Notes: generated by a model from the sequence alone, not told the origin. A DNA stretch of 64,000 nucleotides from Candidatus Undinarchaeota archaeon (GCA_964636545.1 CAZWSR010000002.1:1-64000); one strand, 5' to 3'; shown: positions 9,376 through 19,756, counted from the first letter of the stretch. A program made the numbers and translations.

Positions 9376-11334
9376 TTATTTCCCTGCCAATTCTTTCGCC
9401 TTTTGAGCAATAAATTCAGCAGACAGTGCGAAATATTTCACTAATTCCCAAGAACCACCAGATTCACCAAACCTGTCTGGAACCCCAATCATTGCAAACT
9501 TTTCAGGAGCAACTCCTGCTTCCAATAGTGCTGCTGCAACACGGTTTCCAAGCCCGCCTTTCTGATGCTCTTCAGCTGTTAGGATTATTTTTGTTTCTTT
9601 TCCAGCTGATGAAAGTGCATTATTATCTAATGGTTTGAGTGTGTGCATATTAATTATTCTTGTTTCAAGTCCAAATTCTTCTTTCAAAATCCAAGCAGCC
9701 CGCATTGCTTCTGGAACTTCTGGACCGCAAGCAACAATTGTCAAATCCTCATTTTCTGATTTGTAATCGCTTGCTAATTTGGTTTCAAATGCATCAATGA
9801 AATTGTCTTTTGCTTCACGATATCGGATAATATTCGCTGTTCCGAATTTGTAAGGAGTAGAGTCAGTTGTTACAATTGGTGTCGATTCTCTTGCATATCG
9901 AATATAACAAGGTCCTTCAATATCCAGAATCATTGTTTTGGATGCTTTTTTAGTTTCAACAGAATCGCAAGGCACAAACACATTCATGTTTGGCAAACCA
10001 CACATCTGGAAAATATCTTCAAGTGCTTGATGGGTTGCTCCATCAGGTCCAACAGAGACACCACCATGTGCGCCAGTGATTTTTACATTGAAATTTCCAT
10101 AGCAGATAGTTGTTCTGATTTGGTCAAGTGCTCTACCAGCTGAGAAAACAGCATAAGTTCCGAAAATTGGAATTTTTCCTTCTTTTGCAAGACCAGCTGC
10201 AACCGCGGTTCCGCTCTGTTCTGCAATTCCCATACTTAGGAAACGAGGATTTCGCTCTGGTTTGTCCTTGTTGAATTGATTAATACAAATTGATCCAGAA
10301 ATATCAGCACCAAGGCAGATAATCCGCTCATCATCGCCAATATCAATTAAGCATTCTCCAAACCCTTTGCGAGTTGGCTTCATTTCTGCTTTCATATTGT
10401 CCTGCTCATTCCACCAATAATTTTTTGAGAATTTTGGAATCATTCCATCAACTTTCTTATCTATTTCTTTTTGGTAATCTTGTGCAATTTTCAAAAGTTC
10501 ATCAATTGGAAGTTCGACACCAAGTTCTTTAAGTGCTGTTTCAAGTTCTTCCCGGTTTGGAGCTTTGCCATGCCAGCCAGCTTGGTCTTCCATATATGAA
10601 ACTCCCTTGCCCTTGATTGTTTTTGCAAGAATAACAGTTGGCTTGTCAACTACGGTTTTTGCTTTTCCATAGCCATCTACAATTTGTTGCATGTTGTGGC
10701 CATCAAGTTCAATAACATTCCAACTAAATCCTTCATATTTTTCCTTTAGCGGCTGGATATTCATTACATCAGAAACATTTCCATCAATTTGAAGATTATT
10801 AACATCAACAATTGCAGTTAAATTATCAAGTTTGTAGTGAGCAGCTTCCATAACAGCTTCCCAAACTTGACCTTCTTGCTGTTCTCCATCACCCATTAAG
10901 CAGTAAATTCTGTGATCTTTCTTGTTTAGTTTTCCAGCAAGAGCCATACCAACAGCAATACTCAAACCCTGACCAAGCGAACCAGTTGATGCTTCAACGC
11001 CTTCAAGTTTTAGCCAATGTGGGTGGCCTTGGAACTTGCTTTCAAGTTTTCTGAGCTTCATCATTTCCTTGATATCAAAATAACCAGAATAACCAAGCGC
11101 TGTGTAAAGTGCGGGTGCTTTGTGACCTGCTGAGAATAAGAAACGATCGCGGTCTTCCATATTTGGATTCTTTGGATCATGATTCATTGCATTCAGATAA
11201 GCGCCTGCAACTAAATCCATACAAGAAAGTGAGCCACCAGAGTGTCCAGAACCAGCAGCATGTAGAGCAACTAGCATATATGCTCGCATTTCATTTGCTG
11301 CTTTTTCCAGTTCTTCTACAGTATATTTCTTCAT
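9376..11334 (-). CDS. tkt: Transketolase (N- and C-terminal sections fused in one chain)
   Basis: SGHSGGSLS, STGSLGQG, GDGE..EG (ThDP motif), GIAEQ and DGATHQ. Confidence 0.92.
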   Translation of the reverse strand: MKKYTVEELEKAANEMRAYMLVALHAAGSGHSGGSLSCMDLVAGAYLNAMNHDPKNPNMEDRDRFLFSAGHKAPALYTALGYSGYFDIKEMMKLRKLESKFQGHPHWLKLEGVEASTGSLGQGLSIAVGMALAGKLNKKDHRIYCLMGDGEQQEGQVWEAVMEAAHYKLDNLTAIVDVNNLQIDGNVSDVMNIQPLKEKYEGFSWNVIELDGHNMQQIVDGYGKAKTVVDKPTVILAKTIKGKGVSYMEDQAGWHGKAPNREELETALKELGVELPIDELLKIAQDYQKEIDKKVDGMIPKFSKNYWWNEQDNMKAEMKPTRKGFGECLIDIGDDERIICLGADISGSICINQFNKDKPERNPRFLSMGIAEQSGTAVAAGLAKEGKIPIFGTYAVFSAGRALDQIRTTICYGNFNVKITGAHGGVSVGPDGATHQALEDIFQMCGLPNMNVFVPCDSVETKKASKTMILDIEGPCYIRYARESTPIVTTDSTPYKFGTANIIRYREAKDNFIDAFETKLASDYKSENEDLTIVACGPEVPEAMRAAWILKEEFGLETRIINMHTLKPLDNNALSSAGKETKIILTAEEHQKGGLGNRVAAALLEAGVAPEKFAMIGVPDRFGESGGSWELVKYFALSAEFIAQKAKELAGK

Positions 11335-12521
11335 GATTCAACAAAGTTCTTAAGCCTTTTAAGCCCTTCTGTGATTTCTTCCTGTGAAGTGGCATATGAA
11401 AACCTTATGTATTCTTGTTCTTGTCCAGGATTCTTTGGTCCAAAGTGAGTATCTGCCAAAACCGCTACTCCGTGGCCCAAAAGCATCTTCCTGAACTCCT
11501 CAGAATTAGCTGCTCCAACTTTTGCACAAGCTTTTGTAACATTAGGCCAGGCATAGAAAGCACCACCTGGAGAAAGGCATGAAACCCCATCAATTTCATT
11601 TAATCCATTAATGATTAGGTCTCGGCGCTCCTTGAAACTGTCAGTCATCAGCTGAGTTGGACCTTGTGGACCATTTAATGCTTCAACAGCTGCCCACTGA
11701 ACAGGGTGTGGAGCACAAGAATCAGTATTAGTCATCCATTTTGCAAAATGGTCTGCAAGATGTTTGTTATACGCGTAGCCTAGTCGCCAACCAGTCATTG
11801 CATAGCTCTTTGAAACACAATCAACTACAATTGCATGTTCTTCCATTCCAGGAACTGAAATTATAGATTCAAATCGCCCATCATAAACCAAACTTGAATA
11901 AACTTCATCAGAATAAACCCAAATATCATTTTCAATTGCTAGTTTTGCAATTTCCTCTAGCTCTCGTTTTTTCAATACATTGCCAGTTGGGTTGTGTGGA
12001 GAGTTAAGAATGAGTAATTTTGTGTTACCATTGATGCTTTCAGCAAGATCATCAATGCTGAATGAAAAGGCGTTTTCTTCCTTGAGTGGAATTGGAACTG
12101 GTGTAGCACCACAAGCACGGATTTGCGATTCGTAAATTGGAAAACCAGGATTTGGATACAGCACTTCATCTCCAACCCCATAATCAGTTGTACTCAAAAT
12201 TGTCCAGTAAATGAAAGGTTTGCCACCGCAAGCAGTTGCAACGTGTTTTGCTTCTGCTTCAATGCCACGAGTTCTTGAAAAATAATTTGCAGCAGCTTCA
12301 CGGAGCTCTTTTATTCCAGCTGAAGGTGTGTAGCCAGTTTTCCCATCTTTGATTGCTGTGATTGCTGCTTGTTTGATGTGCTCTGGAGTGTCAAAATCTG
12401 GCTGGCCAATACAAAAATTCACAATATCATCGCCCTTCCTGAGCCGTTTGTTAACTTCTGCAAGAACAACGAAAGCGTTTTCTGTTCCTAAATTAGCTGT
12501 TCTATTGGATATTCCTGCCAA
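11331..12521 (-). CDS. PLP-dependent aminotransferase class I/II (aspartate aminotransferase-like)
   Basis: GQPDF, NSPHNPTG, DEVY and SKSYAMTGWRLG motifs. Confidence 0.92.
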   Translation of the reverse strand: MAGISNRTANLGTENAFVVLAEVNKRLRKGDDIVNFCIGQPDFDTPEHIKQAAITAIKDGKTGYTPSAGIKELREAAANYFSRTRGIEAEAKHVATACGGKPFIYWTILSTTDYGVGDEVLYPNPGFPIYESQIRACGATPVPIPLKEENAFSFSIDDLAESINGNTKLLILNSPHNPTGNVLKKRELEEIAKLAIENDIWVYSDEVYSSLVYDGRFESIISVPGMEEHAIVVDCVSKSYAMTGWRLGYAYNKHLADHFAKWMTNTDSCAPHPVQWAAVEALNGPQGPTQLMTDSFKERRDLIINGLNEIDGVSCLSPGGAFYAWPNVTKACAKVGAANSEEFRKMLLGHGVAVLADTHFGPKNPGQEQEYIRFSYATSQEEITEGLKRLKNFVES

Positions 12522-12660
12522 ATGTATCTCCCCTTTTTTGTAGATAATAGGCTTCGAACATTATAAAACTTGTGGGAGTGACAAGTGTAATGCTTTGTTA
12601 AAAAAGGGAAAAGACCAAGAAGTGATAAAATAAATAAAGGGGTTATTCGAGAGAATTTCT

Positions 12661-13320
12661 GTGGTAAGAATATTAGCTTCTGCAAAAAACAGTTTCAAAG
12701 ACTTTTTATTTAATTTGGAGACTTGGAAAATTGGAGTGTTTGTTGCAGTTATTATTCTTTCATTGGTTTTTATTGTTGTGTGGGTAATAAACTCAGCAAC
12801 AGCATTTGTTAACTGGAGAATACTGGGACTTTATGTTGTTCTGACACTTTTGCTAACATTTTCAAGAATGTCTCGATTTACAAAAGTTGGAATAAAGTTT
12901 TCGTATTTTTTGCTGTTCATGATAACGATTACACTTGGACCACTGACTGCGATTGTGTTGAGAGTTATTTCAGTTCCAATACGATTGTGGATGTTTTTAG
13001 CTGACTTGCCATTCAAGAGTTTCCTGAAAACAAAAGAAGACTATATTTTCAAACAGTGGGCGTACAGTGCTCTTTCAATTTTCATAATTTGGTTGTTTGT
13101 TAAAATTATTGGAGTTGGTGTTGTTGTTTCAAATTTGAGTTTGTACTATTTGATACTTTATGGTGGCTGGACAATTGGATTGTTGGTTTTGCATATCCTA
13201 TTCCCACGAGATTCTTTAACAAGATATTTTATTAATAGCGGAGCTGGGTTTGTGTTTAATTGGTTCTTAGTAACAAGTATGGGACGGTGGTTGTATGGTT
13301 ATTTGAATGGGTTTATTTGA
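12661..13320 (+). CDS. Hypothetical multi-pass membrane protein
   Basis: 219-aa ORF with several hydrophobic segments that fills the gap. Confidence 0.6.
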   Translation: MVRILASAKNSFKDFLFNLETWKIGVFVAVIILSLVFIVVWVINSATAFVNWRILGLYVVLTLLLTFSRMSRFTKVGIKFSYFLLFMITITLGPLTAIVLRVISVPIRLWMFLADLPFKSFLKTKEDYIFKQWAYSALSIFIIWLFVKIIGVGVVVSNLSLYYLILYGGWTIGLLVLHILFPRDSLTRYFINSGAGFVFNWFLVTSMGRWLYGYLNGFI

Positions 13321-14326
13321 TTCCAAGAGTTTGATTAGTCTTCTCCATACTCTCTTCTTTACTCATTTCACTGCACATTGCGCGAATACAATCAATATTT
13401 TCAGGAATAACAATACTTTCTTGTGGAATTGCTTGGAAGAAATAAAGTTCATTTCCCTGAACTCCAATTGAATCTTCCCAAATTAAGTTTTCATACATAT
13501 CATATCTTGGACGACCAAAGTCGCGAGCAAATTCCATAAGCTCTGCAGTTGAAGTTAGTCCCTCTCCTGAATTAACCATAAGCAAGCGTGGTGTTTTCTT
13601 GAAAAGTTCTTTGACTTCTTCTGCTGAAACTTCTTTATTTAATTCAATCATTAATGAATGTGCGTGCATGAAAGTGCTTGAAACTTTGAATGCGCTTGTT
13701 ACAATATTCAATTCTGGAAGAACTGTTAGCACGTCTGGGCCATGATGACTTGGAACAGTGATTGGGTTTGGAACAATTCCGTCAATTGGTCCGCTTTTTG
13801 AACTTCCAGGATCTGAAGCTCGTCTAACAAGAACAACTCTTGCTTTTTTTACTCCATAATTCTTGTCAAGAACATTCAAAACTCTGCTAAGTCCAGTTGT
13901 GTTGCAAGAAACAACTCTAACATTTTGTTTTCCTTTTGCTGAATCATAATTTGAGCCAGCATTGAAACTCTCGCCAATTGCATCGTGCTTTTCTGCACCC
14001 TGATAAATTGCTTTGATGCCTTTTGGCTCGTAATATTTTTCCTTGTTTTCTGCGCCGAATTTCTTTGGAGCACAATCAATTACAATATCGCACTGTCCGA
14101 GAAGATCGTTAATATCGCCAACAAGCTCAATGCCTGCTTCTTCGAATTTGGATTTGTTTTCTGGAATTCCGCAGAATAGTCTGTAACCTTTTTTGATTGC
14201 ATTTTTTGCTTCCCAAGTAGGTCTTGTCTTTGTGACACCGACTAATTCCATGTCATCCTGCTTAGAAACAGCATCTGCAACGCGTTTTCCAATTGTTCCA
14301 TATCCATTAATTGCGACTTTTATCAT
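13313..14326 (-). CDS. gap: Glyceraldehyde-3-phosphate dehydrogenase, archaeal type II
   Basis: GYGTIGKRVADAV, VVSCNTTGL and PSHHGPDV motifs. Confidence 0.96.
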   Translation of the reverse strand: MIKVAINGYGTIGKRVADAVSKQDDMELVGVTKTRPTWEAKNAIKKGYRLFCGIPENKSKFEEAGIELVGDINDLLGQCDIVIDCAPKKFGAENKEKYYEPKGIKAIYQGAEKHDAIGESFNAGSNYDSAKGKQNVRVVSCNTTGLSRVLNVLDKNYGVKKARVVLVRRASDPGSSKSGPIDGIVPNPITVPSHHGPDVLTVLPELNIVTSAFKVSSTFMHAHSLMIELNKEVSAEEVKELFKKTPRLLMVNSGEGLTSTAELMEFARDFGRPRYDMYENLIWEDSIGVQGNELYFFQAIPQESIVIPENIDCIRAMCSEMSKEESMEKTNQTLGIK

Positions 14327-15576
14327 TGTGAATCTCCTTCGGCGCCCCGGTGCTCCGGCGCCCCTTGTTTCTCAGCTGCTTTTTCAAGTGCTGCAAGTGC
14401 CCAGAGTTTAATTCCAGCTAAGTGAGTTATGCAAGCACCTCCGCCAGTGCTGATATGAGTTATTTTGTCTTCTAAACCAGCTTTTGTGATTGCAATTGCA
14501 ATGTGACCACCGCCAACAACTGAAAAAGCATCTGCTTCTGCAATTGATTTGACAATTTCCATTGTTCCTTTTTCAAATTGGGGTTCTTCAAATACACCAG
14601 CTGGACCATTTGCAATAATTGTACCAGCGTTTTCAATAATGTACTTGTACCTGCCGATTGTTCCGTTTCCAATATCTGCAACTTTGTAAGGGAGTGGCAT
14701 TTCTGAAAGTGAAACTTCAAATCGTTTTCCTTGTTTGTCAAGTGCAAGATCAACTGGAAGCTCAATTTGTGAAGAATATTCAGCTAATAGTTCTTTTGCA
14801 GTTTTGATGTGATCGTCATAGTTTTCAACATAATCTTTTCCTGGAACATCGTAGCCCTTTGCTGAGAGAAAGACAGAAGCTACAAGACCAGAAGTTAAGA
14901 TTTTGTCCATAACACCAGTTTCAAGGAATGTTTTGATAACTCTGAGTGAACTTTTCACTTTTGCTCCGCCAGCAACATAGATAGCTGGCTTCTTGTTTGA
15001 CTCTAAAACTTTTGCCATAACCTCAACTTCTTCCTGCATAACTCGTCCTGCACAAGAAGGTAAAGTTTCGCAGAAACCAACAAGTGATGGCTGGGACCTG
15101 TGAGCTGTTGCAAAAGCATCACTTACAAAATAATCAGCTAATGGAGTTAAGGATTTGACAAAGTGTGTGTTTGCTTGAACATCTGAAGGTCTTTTTAGTA
15201 ATTCTTCAGAAAGGAATCTGACATTATCAAGTAAAATAACTTCTCCGTTGCTCATTAATTTTATTGCGGATTGAGCAGTTGGACCAATTACATCAGGAAT
15301 ATATTTTATATCAACACCAACGTGTTTTGAAAGCTCGCCTGCGTGTTTTTCCATGTTTGTGAAATCATATTCAGAGCCAGGCCGACCTTGGTGAGACATT
15401 ACAACAACTTTTGCACCTTTTTGAGAAAGTTCTTTGATTGTTTTTGAATGGATTTTCATTCGTCTGACATCCAAGAACTCGTTTGTTTCAGGGTCAATTG
15501 GGCAGTTTATATCAACTCTAACAAGAGCTGTCTTGCCACTGAAGTCAAAATCATCCATAGTTTTCATTCCGTTCAT
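14323..15576 (-). CDS. pgk: Phosphoglycerate kinase
   Basis: RVDIN, SHQGRPG, DAFATAHRS, GGAK, NGPAGVFE and STGGGA motifs. Confidence 0.96.
   Translation of the reverse strand: MNGMKTMDDFDFSGKTALVRVDINCPIDPETNEFLDVRRMKIHSKTIKELSQKGAKVVVMSHQGRPGSEYDFTNMEKHAGELSKHVGVDIKYIPDVIGPTAQSAIKLMSNGEVILLDNVRFLSEELLKRPSDVQANTHFVKSLTPLADYFVSDAFATAHRSQPSLVGFCETLPSCAGRVMQEEVEVMAKVLESNKKPAIYVAGGAKVKSSLRVIKTFLETGVMDKILTSGLVASVFLSAKGYDVPGKDYVENYDDHIKTAKELLAEYSSQIELPVDLALDKQGKRFEVSLSEMPLPYKVADIGNGTIGRYKYIIENAGTIIANGPAGVFEEPQFEKGTMEIVKSIAEADAFSVVGGGHIAIAITKAGLEDKITHISTGGGACITHLAGIKLWALAALEKAAEKQGAPEHRGAEGDSQ
14341..14364 (-). repeat. GC-rich 8-mer tandem patch (GGGGCGCC GGAGCACC GGGGCGCC) at the pgk/gap junction
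   Basis: Read directly. It is followed by the AAGGAG RBS of gap and encodes part of the extra PGK tail QGAPEHRGAEGDSQ. Confidence 0.6.
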
Positions 15577-16232
15577 TATAGTCCTCCGCAGATGTCAAGC
15601 AAAACTGCTCGTGGATCTGCTGATTTTGTGAATGCGCTAGCAAGAAGAACTCCTTCAACACCAAGTTCAATTGCTTTTTTAACATCAGAGCCATTTGAAA
15701 TTCCTGCTCCGCACAAAACCTTTACTTCTGGATTAACTTGCTTGATGTTTTCAACTGTTTTTGTAACAACTTCTGGTTTTGCTTCTGAAACTGAAATGCC
15801 TGAGCCAATTAGTTCAGGTGGCTCAACTGCGATATAATCTGGTGAAAATTCTGCAAGTGCCTTGGCTTCCTCATCGTCTTGTGCACAAACAACACTAATC
15901 ATCTCATTTTCTTTTAATCTCTGGATTGTTGCACCAATTTGCATGTGTGGAATTCTTCGTTCTGAGTGATTTAGAATTGTTCCAATTGCGCCAGCTTGTT
16001 TTAATGCTTCAACAAGGTTTGAGCCAGTGCCAGAACCTGCTGGATTTGGATCAGCGTGTTGTGCAATTGTCTCAATAAGTGGAGAAGTTTTTAGAATATC
16101 AACTGTTTGTGGAGCCACGATTATCTGGACTCCTGTTGCTTCTTTGGATTCTTTGCAGATTTTGCCAAGATTCTCTGCATTAACCCCTGAAGCTTCCTTG
16201 TACGCCTTGAAATTAAGAATTACTAAACCCAT
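15576..16232 (-). CDS. tpiA: Triosephosphate isomerase (archaeal type)
   Basis: NFKAY, AQH, NHSE, AVEPPELIG, GAGIS and LLAS motifs; start placed at MGLVILN. Confidence 0.95.
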   Translation of the reverse strand: MGLVILNFKAYKEASGVNAENLGKICKESKEATGVQIIVAPQTVDILKTSPLIETIAQHADPNPAGSGTGSNLVEALKQAGAIGTILNHSERRIPHMQIGATIQRLKENEMISVVCAQDDEEAKALAEFSPDYIAVEPPELIGSGISVSEAKPEVVTKTVENIKQVNPEVKVLCGAGISNGSDVKKAIELGVEGVLLASAFTKSADPRAVLLDICGGL

Positions 16233-16348
16233 TTTTAACAACAAATAGTCCTGAATTTGCTTTAAAAGGATTATGTAAATTGGATTTATAGGGGAAATGA
16301 GAGAAACAATAACCTTTATAACCAACCCCTTTGATACAAAACCCTACT

Positions 16349-16510
16349 ATGACAACATGCACAAGCTGTGGAGCAAATCTAGAGCAGGAAAAGGATAAGG
16401 CAGAGTTCAAGTGCCCAAAATGTAGTGAAACTGTTATTGGACGATGCCAGCGATGTAAGAAGCTTTCTAGAGAGTACACTTGCTCAAAATGCGAATTTGT
16501 TGGACCATAG
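16349..16510 (+). CDS. Small double Zn-ribbon protein (DUF1610 / HVO_2753-like)
   Basis: Below the ORF-track cutoff. MTTCTSCG..FKCPKC..RCQRCKK..YTCSKCEFVGP; typical position upstream of aEF-1beta. Confidence 0.9.
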   Translation: MTTCTSCGANLEQEKDKAEFKCPKCSETVIGRCQRCKKLSREYTCSKCEFVGP

Positions 16511-16513
16511 ACC

Positions 16514-16576
16514 AGGTTTCAGCTGTCAGCATTCAGCCCTCAGGTCCTGATGGCTGAGAGCCGAAGGCTCATACCT
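16514..16576 (+). repeat. 63-bp heptamer-periodic hairpin element, copy 2
   Basis: AGGTTTC AGCTGTC AGCATTC AGCCCTC AGGTCCT GATGGCT GAGAGCC GAAGGCT CATACCT; homologous to the reverse complement of 618-680. Confidence 0.9.
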
Positions 16577-16595
16577 TAAACAAGAGGACAAACAA

Positions 16596-16913
16596 ATGGG
16601 GAGCGTAATTATTGTTTACGATGTTGTACCAAGCCAGAACGACCAGGCGGGTGCAGATATTGTAGCTGAAAATTTAAAAGCAGTCACAGTTTCGGGTTCG
16701 GGGCCAAGTGCCAAAGACGAAAGTGTGAATGAAGATTATTATTGCAAAGTTGGCGCAATTGAAGTGCAGGATTTTGTTTTCGGTACTAAGAAAGTTGTTG
16801 CAACTTTTGAAATTCCTGATGCGGGTGGAGCCCAGGATGCACTTGAAACTGTTTTGAATGCAGTTGAAGGTGTTAATACAATTACTTTTGTTACAGCTGG
16901 ACGACCGGTTTGA
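16596..16913 (+). CDS. ef1b: Translation elongation factor aEF-1beta (divergent)
   Basis: V.P...D, FVFG (usual IAFG) and PD.GG...LE..L..VEGV patterns; synteny with the DUF1610 Zn finger. Confidence 0.8.
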   Translation: MGSVIIVYDVVPSQNDQAGADIVAENLKAVTVSGSGPSAKDESVNEDYYCKVGAIEVQDFVFGTKKVVATFEIPDAGGAQDALETVLNAVEGVNTITFVTAGRPV

Positions 16914-16962
16914 GTTTGTTGACGGATTAATTATTTATAGAGAAGATACAATAAGAACAACT

Positions 16963-17520
16963 ATGTTAGACTTGCCAGAATTCAAATTAAAATTAAATAG
17001 AGATGATGTTATGAATTTTTTTACAGGTGATAGTGTAAAGAAACTAAATAGAAAATTAGAGGGAGATTCAAATATTTATGCTTCAAAAATATCCGGAATT
17101 GTGGGATTTATAGAAGAGTTAGAGGAGTTAAAGGATAAAGAAATAGAAAAACGGTTAACAACGCTTAAAACAAATATTAAAATAATGATAAACGGTTTTA
17201 GAGAACTGATAGAGATGACAAGAAATCCAAAGAAAATGGAAGGGAAAGAAAAAACGTTTTCAGCAAAGATTTCAATACATTATACACAAATACAGTTTAT
17301 GTCAATGTTTTACATACTAATTAGAAAAAACCCTCCTAAAAAAATTCTTAAGGATGAATTAGCACTTGAGGATTTAATGACTGTTATGAAAGGTCTTAGA
17401 GAACAATTAATTATGGTTCAAAAACTATACAATCCAAAAACAACTGACGAATTTATAAAAAATATAGATTCTGGGTCAAGAGACATAACTGAAAAATACG
17501 CGGAAAAGATTTTCAAATGA
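16963..17520 (+). CDS. Hypothetical helical protein
   Basis: Open frame with probable start MLDLPEF; ATGA overlap with the next gene. Confidence 0.6.
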   Translation: MLDLPEFKLKLNRDDVMNFFTGDSVKKLNRKLEGDSNIYASKISGIVGFIEELEELKDKEIEKRLTTLKTNIKIMINGFRELIEMTRNPKKMEGKEKTFSAKISIHYTQIQFMSMFYILIRKNPPKKILKDELALEDLMTVMKGLREQLIMVQKLYNPKTTDEFIKNIDSGSRDITEKYAEKIFK

Positions 17521-17882
17521 CACCAGACCACACAGAAATAAGCCAATTCTTTGATGAAATAATTCATATTTTGATTAAGATTACGCCAATGCATGCTGAT
17601 GTGCAGGATCATGTTGCTAAACTAAGGACTTCTATTGATCAGCACAAGGTGTTAGGTGACAAATATGCTGAAGCACTAGATCAATTAACTGATACTGACT
17701 TGGAGAAAATGGTTAGGTTTGTTGAAAGGCCGGGCGGACATCATCATATTGCGGAGTTGGAGAAGCTTGAGAAGAATTTTGGAATTGAAGCTGCTGGAAG
17801 ACAGTTTTTGAAACACTTTTACGACCACAACAAGAACCAGCTGATACATGCTGAAAAATTACAGCATGTTGCAAGGCACTAA
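17517..17882 (+). CDS. Hypothetical protein
   Basis: 121-aa ORF, translationally coupled to the previous gene. Confidence 0.6.
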   Translation: MTPDHTEISQFFDEIIHILIKITPMHADVQDHVAKLRTSIDQHKVLGDKYAEALDQLTDTDLEKMVRFVERPGGHHHIAELEKLEKNFGIEAAGRQFLKHFYDHNKNQLIHAEKLQHVARH

Positions 17883-17912
17883 GCTTAATAAGCTGGAAAA
17901 CTATTTCTGATT

Positions 17913-18932
17913 ATGGTTAATATCAAGCCACTGCTGAAAGAGAAAGAACTTGATGCACTAGTGCTTGTTAGTCCAAAACTGCATTTGCTTGACCCTGCAC
18001 TAACATATTGTACTGGATTGCTTGATTATGAAAAAACAGTTTATGTTGGAGGAAATAGTCAGCGAGCTTATGTTTCTAGTTTTGAAGTTCCACGAGCTAA
18101 GAAAGATTCAAATGTAACAATTATAGCAAGACCAAAGAAAGGATTTGAACCAATTTTCAATAAAATGAAGGGGAAAACAATTGGAATTAATGGAAAAGCA
18201 CTTCCTTTTGAGATTTACAAGTTCCTGAGACGACACAAAATCAAAACAAAAGATGTTTCCAAGGATCTTGTGAAAATGATGGCGATAAAGACACCTGCTG
18301 AAATTACGAAACTGAAAAAAGCAATTGGTTTAACAAAACAGATGTTTAAGTTGGCAGTTAATGGAAAACGAGAAATTGATATTGCTGCTGACATGTCTGC
18401 TTTTTTAATGAGAAATCAAGCACAGTGGTCTTTTGATCCAATTATTTCTTATGGGAAAAATGCTTCTCTACCGCATGCAAAACCAACTGTCAAAAAGAAA
18501 GGGATTTGTTTATTGTGTGATATTGGTGCAAGCTGGAAAGGTTATCATGCAGATATGACAAGGACAGTTAAAACTGGGACAAAGGGGCGGAAAGGAGTAG
18601 TAAAACAATTTGACAAGGCATACGAAGTTGTTAAAGAAGCACACGACCTTGCAATTGACGCAATTGCGCCAGGGAAAACTGCAAAAGAAATACATTTGAT
18701 TGGAGCTGGACATTTGAAAAAGAATGGATATAAATTAATACATTCAACTGGGCATGGTATTGGTTTGACAATTCACGAGTGGCCGTATATTGGAAAGAAA
18801 CATGAAACAATTCTTGAGCCAGGAATGGTTTTTACTGTTGAGCCAGGTGTTTATATTAAAGGGAAATTTGGAATTAGGATTGAAGATGATATTTTAGTTA
18901 CGAAAACAGGGAGAACTGTTTTAAGCAAATGA
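17913..18932 (+). CDS. Xaa-Pro aminopeptidase (M24B)
   Basis: DIGA..GYHADMTRT, HSTGHGIGL.IHE and EPGVY..GIRIEDD motifs. Confidence 0.93.
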   Translation: MVNIKPLLKEKELDALVLVSPKLHLLDPALTYCTGLLDYEKTVYVGGNSQRAYVSSFEVPRAKKDSNVTIIARPKKGFEPIFNKMKGKTIGINGKALPFEIYKFLRRHKIKTKDVSKDLVKMMAIKTPAEITKLKKAIGLTKQMFKLAVNGKREIDIAADMSAFLMRNQAQWSFDPIISYGKNASLPHAKPTVKKKGICLLCDIGASWKGYHADMTRTVKTGTKGRKGVVKQFDKAYEVVKEAHDLAIDAIAPGKTAKEIHLIGAGHLKKNGYKLIHSTGHGIGLTIHEWPYIGKKHETILEPGMVFTVEPGVYIKGKFGIRIEDDILVTKTGRTVLSK

Positions 18933-19756
18933 AAGGAGATCCAAATTATTGTTTAGAATGTCAGAAACAACAAATAGAACGAGCTGTTGAGCTTGGTGGG
19001 GTTTCTGATGAAATTAAACAAGAAGCTTTGGAATATTCTAATGAGCATATTGCAGGCGTTCCGGCAGCTGAGGGAACGGTTTTTCACAGAATGATAATGG
19101 AAAAAGCAGGTAAAAATCCATTTGCTGAGGAAAAACAAGAATGTACAGAAGCAGCTACTGAAATTCTTCAGCACATTGAGCCAACAATAAAAACTTTGAA
19201 AGATTCTTGTAAGGCAGCTGTTGCTGCTAATTTTGTTGATGTTGTTACAGTAAAAAGCGAATTTGAATTGGAAAGAGTGAAAGAAAGATTCAATGTGAAG
19301 CTAGCTATTGATGATTTTGATAAAGTAAAGAAATATTTTCAGAAAGGAAAGAAGATTTTGTATTTGACAGATAATGGTGGAGAACATTTGTTTGATTTAT
19401 TGTTTATTAAAAAAATTAAAGCAGAAGTGATTGTAGCTGGAAAGGATAGTGATATTACAAATGACGCGACTGTTGCTGATTTGAAAGATGCTGGATTTGA
19501 AGAATATTGCAAAGTGATTTCAATTGGAAGTAATTGTATTGGAACTAATCTTGCTGAAGCTTCTGAAGAGTTTCTGAAATATTTTAATACAGTTGATTTA
19601 ATAATTTCAAAAGGAATGGGGCATTATGAAACCTTGAATGATAGCCCAAAACGAATTTTGTTTATGTTGAAAGCAAAATGTGAGCCAGTAGCAAATGATT
19701 TAGGTGTTATCAAGGACCAAAATGTTCTGAAATTCAAGGAGGCACTAATGTGTTAA
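18929..19756 (+). CDS. DUF89 / ARMT1-like damage-control phosphatase
   Basis: N-terminal CxxC, DNGGE..FD, NDAT, KGMGHYE and KC..VA motifs. Confidence 0.88.
   Translation: MKGDPNYCLECQKQQIERAVELGGVSDEIKQEALEYSNEHIAGVPAAEGTVFHRMIMEKAGKNPFAEEKQECTEAATEILQHIEPTIKTLKDSCKAAVAANFVDVVTVKSEFELERVKERFNVKLAIDDFDKVKKYFQKGKKILYLTDNGGEHLFDLLFIKKIKAEVIVAGKDSDITNDATVADLKDAGFEEYCKVISIGSNCIGTNLAEASEEFLKYFNTVDLIISKGMGHYETLNDSPKRILFMLKAKCEPVANDLGVIKDQNVLKFKEALMC

Noticed and set aside
9376-11334. Fused transketolase (many archaea have split genes)
   Set aside because: Single-chain forms are well known, so this is not novel by itself.
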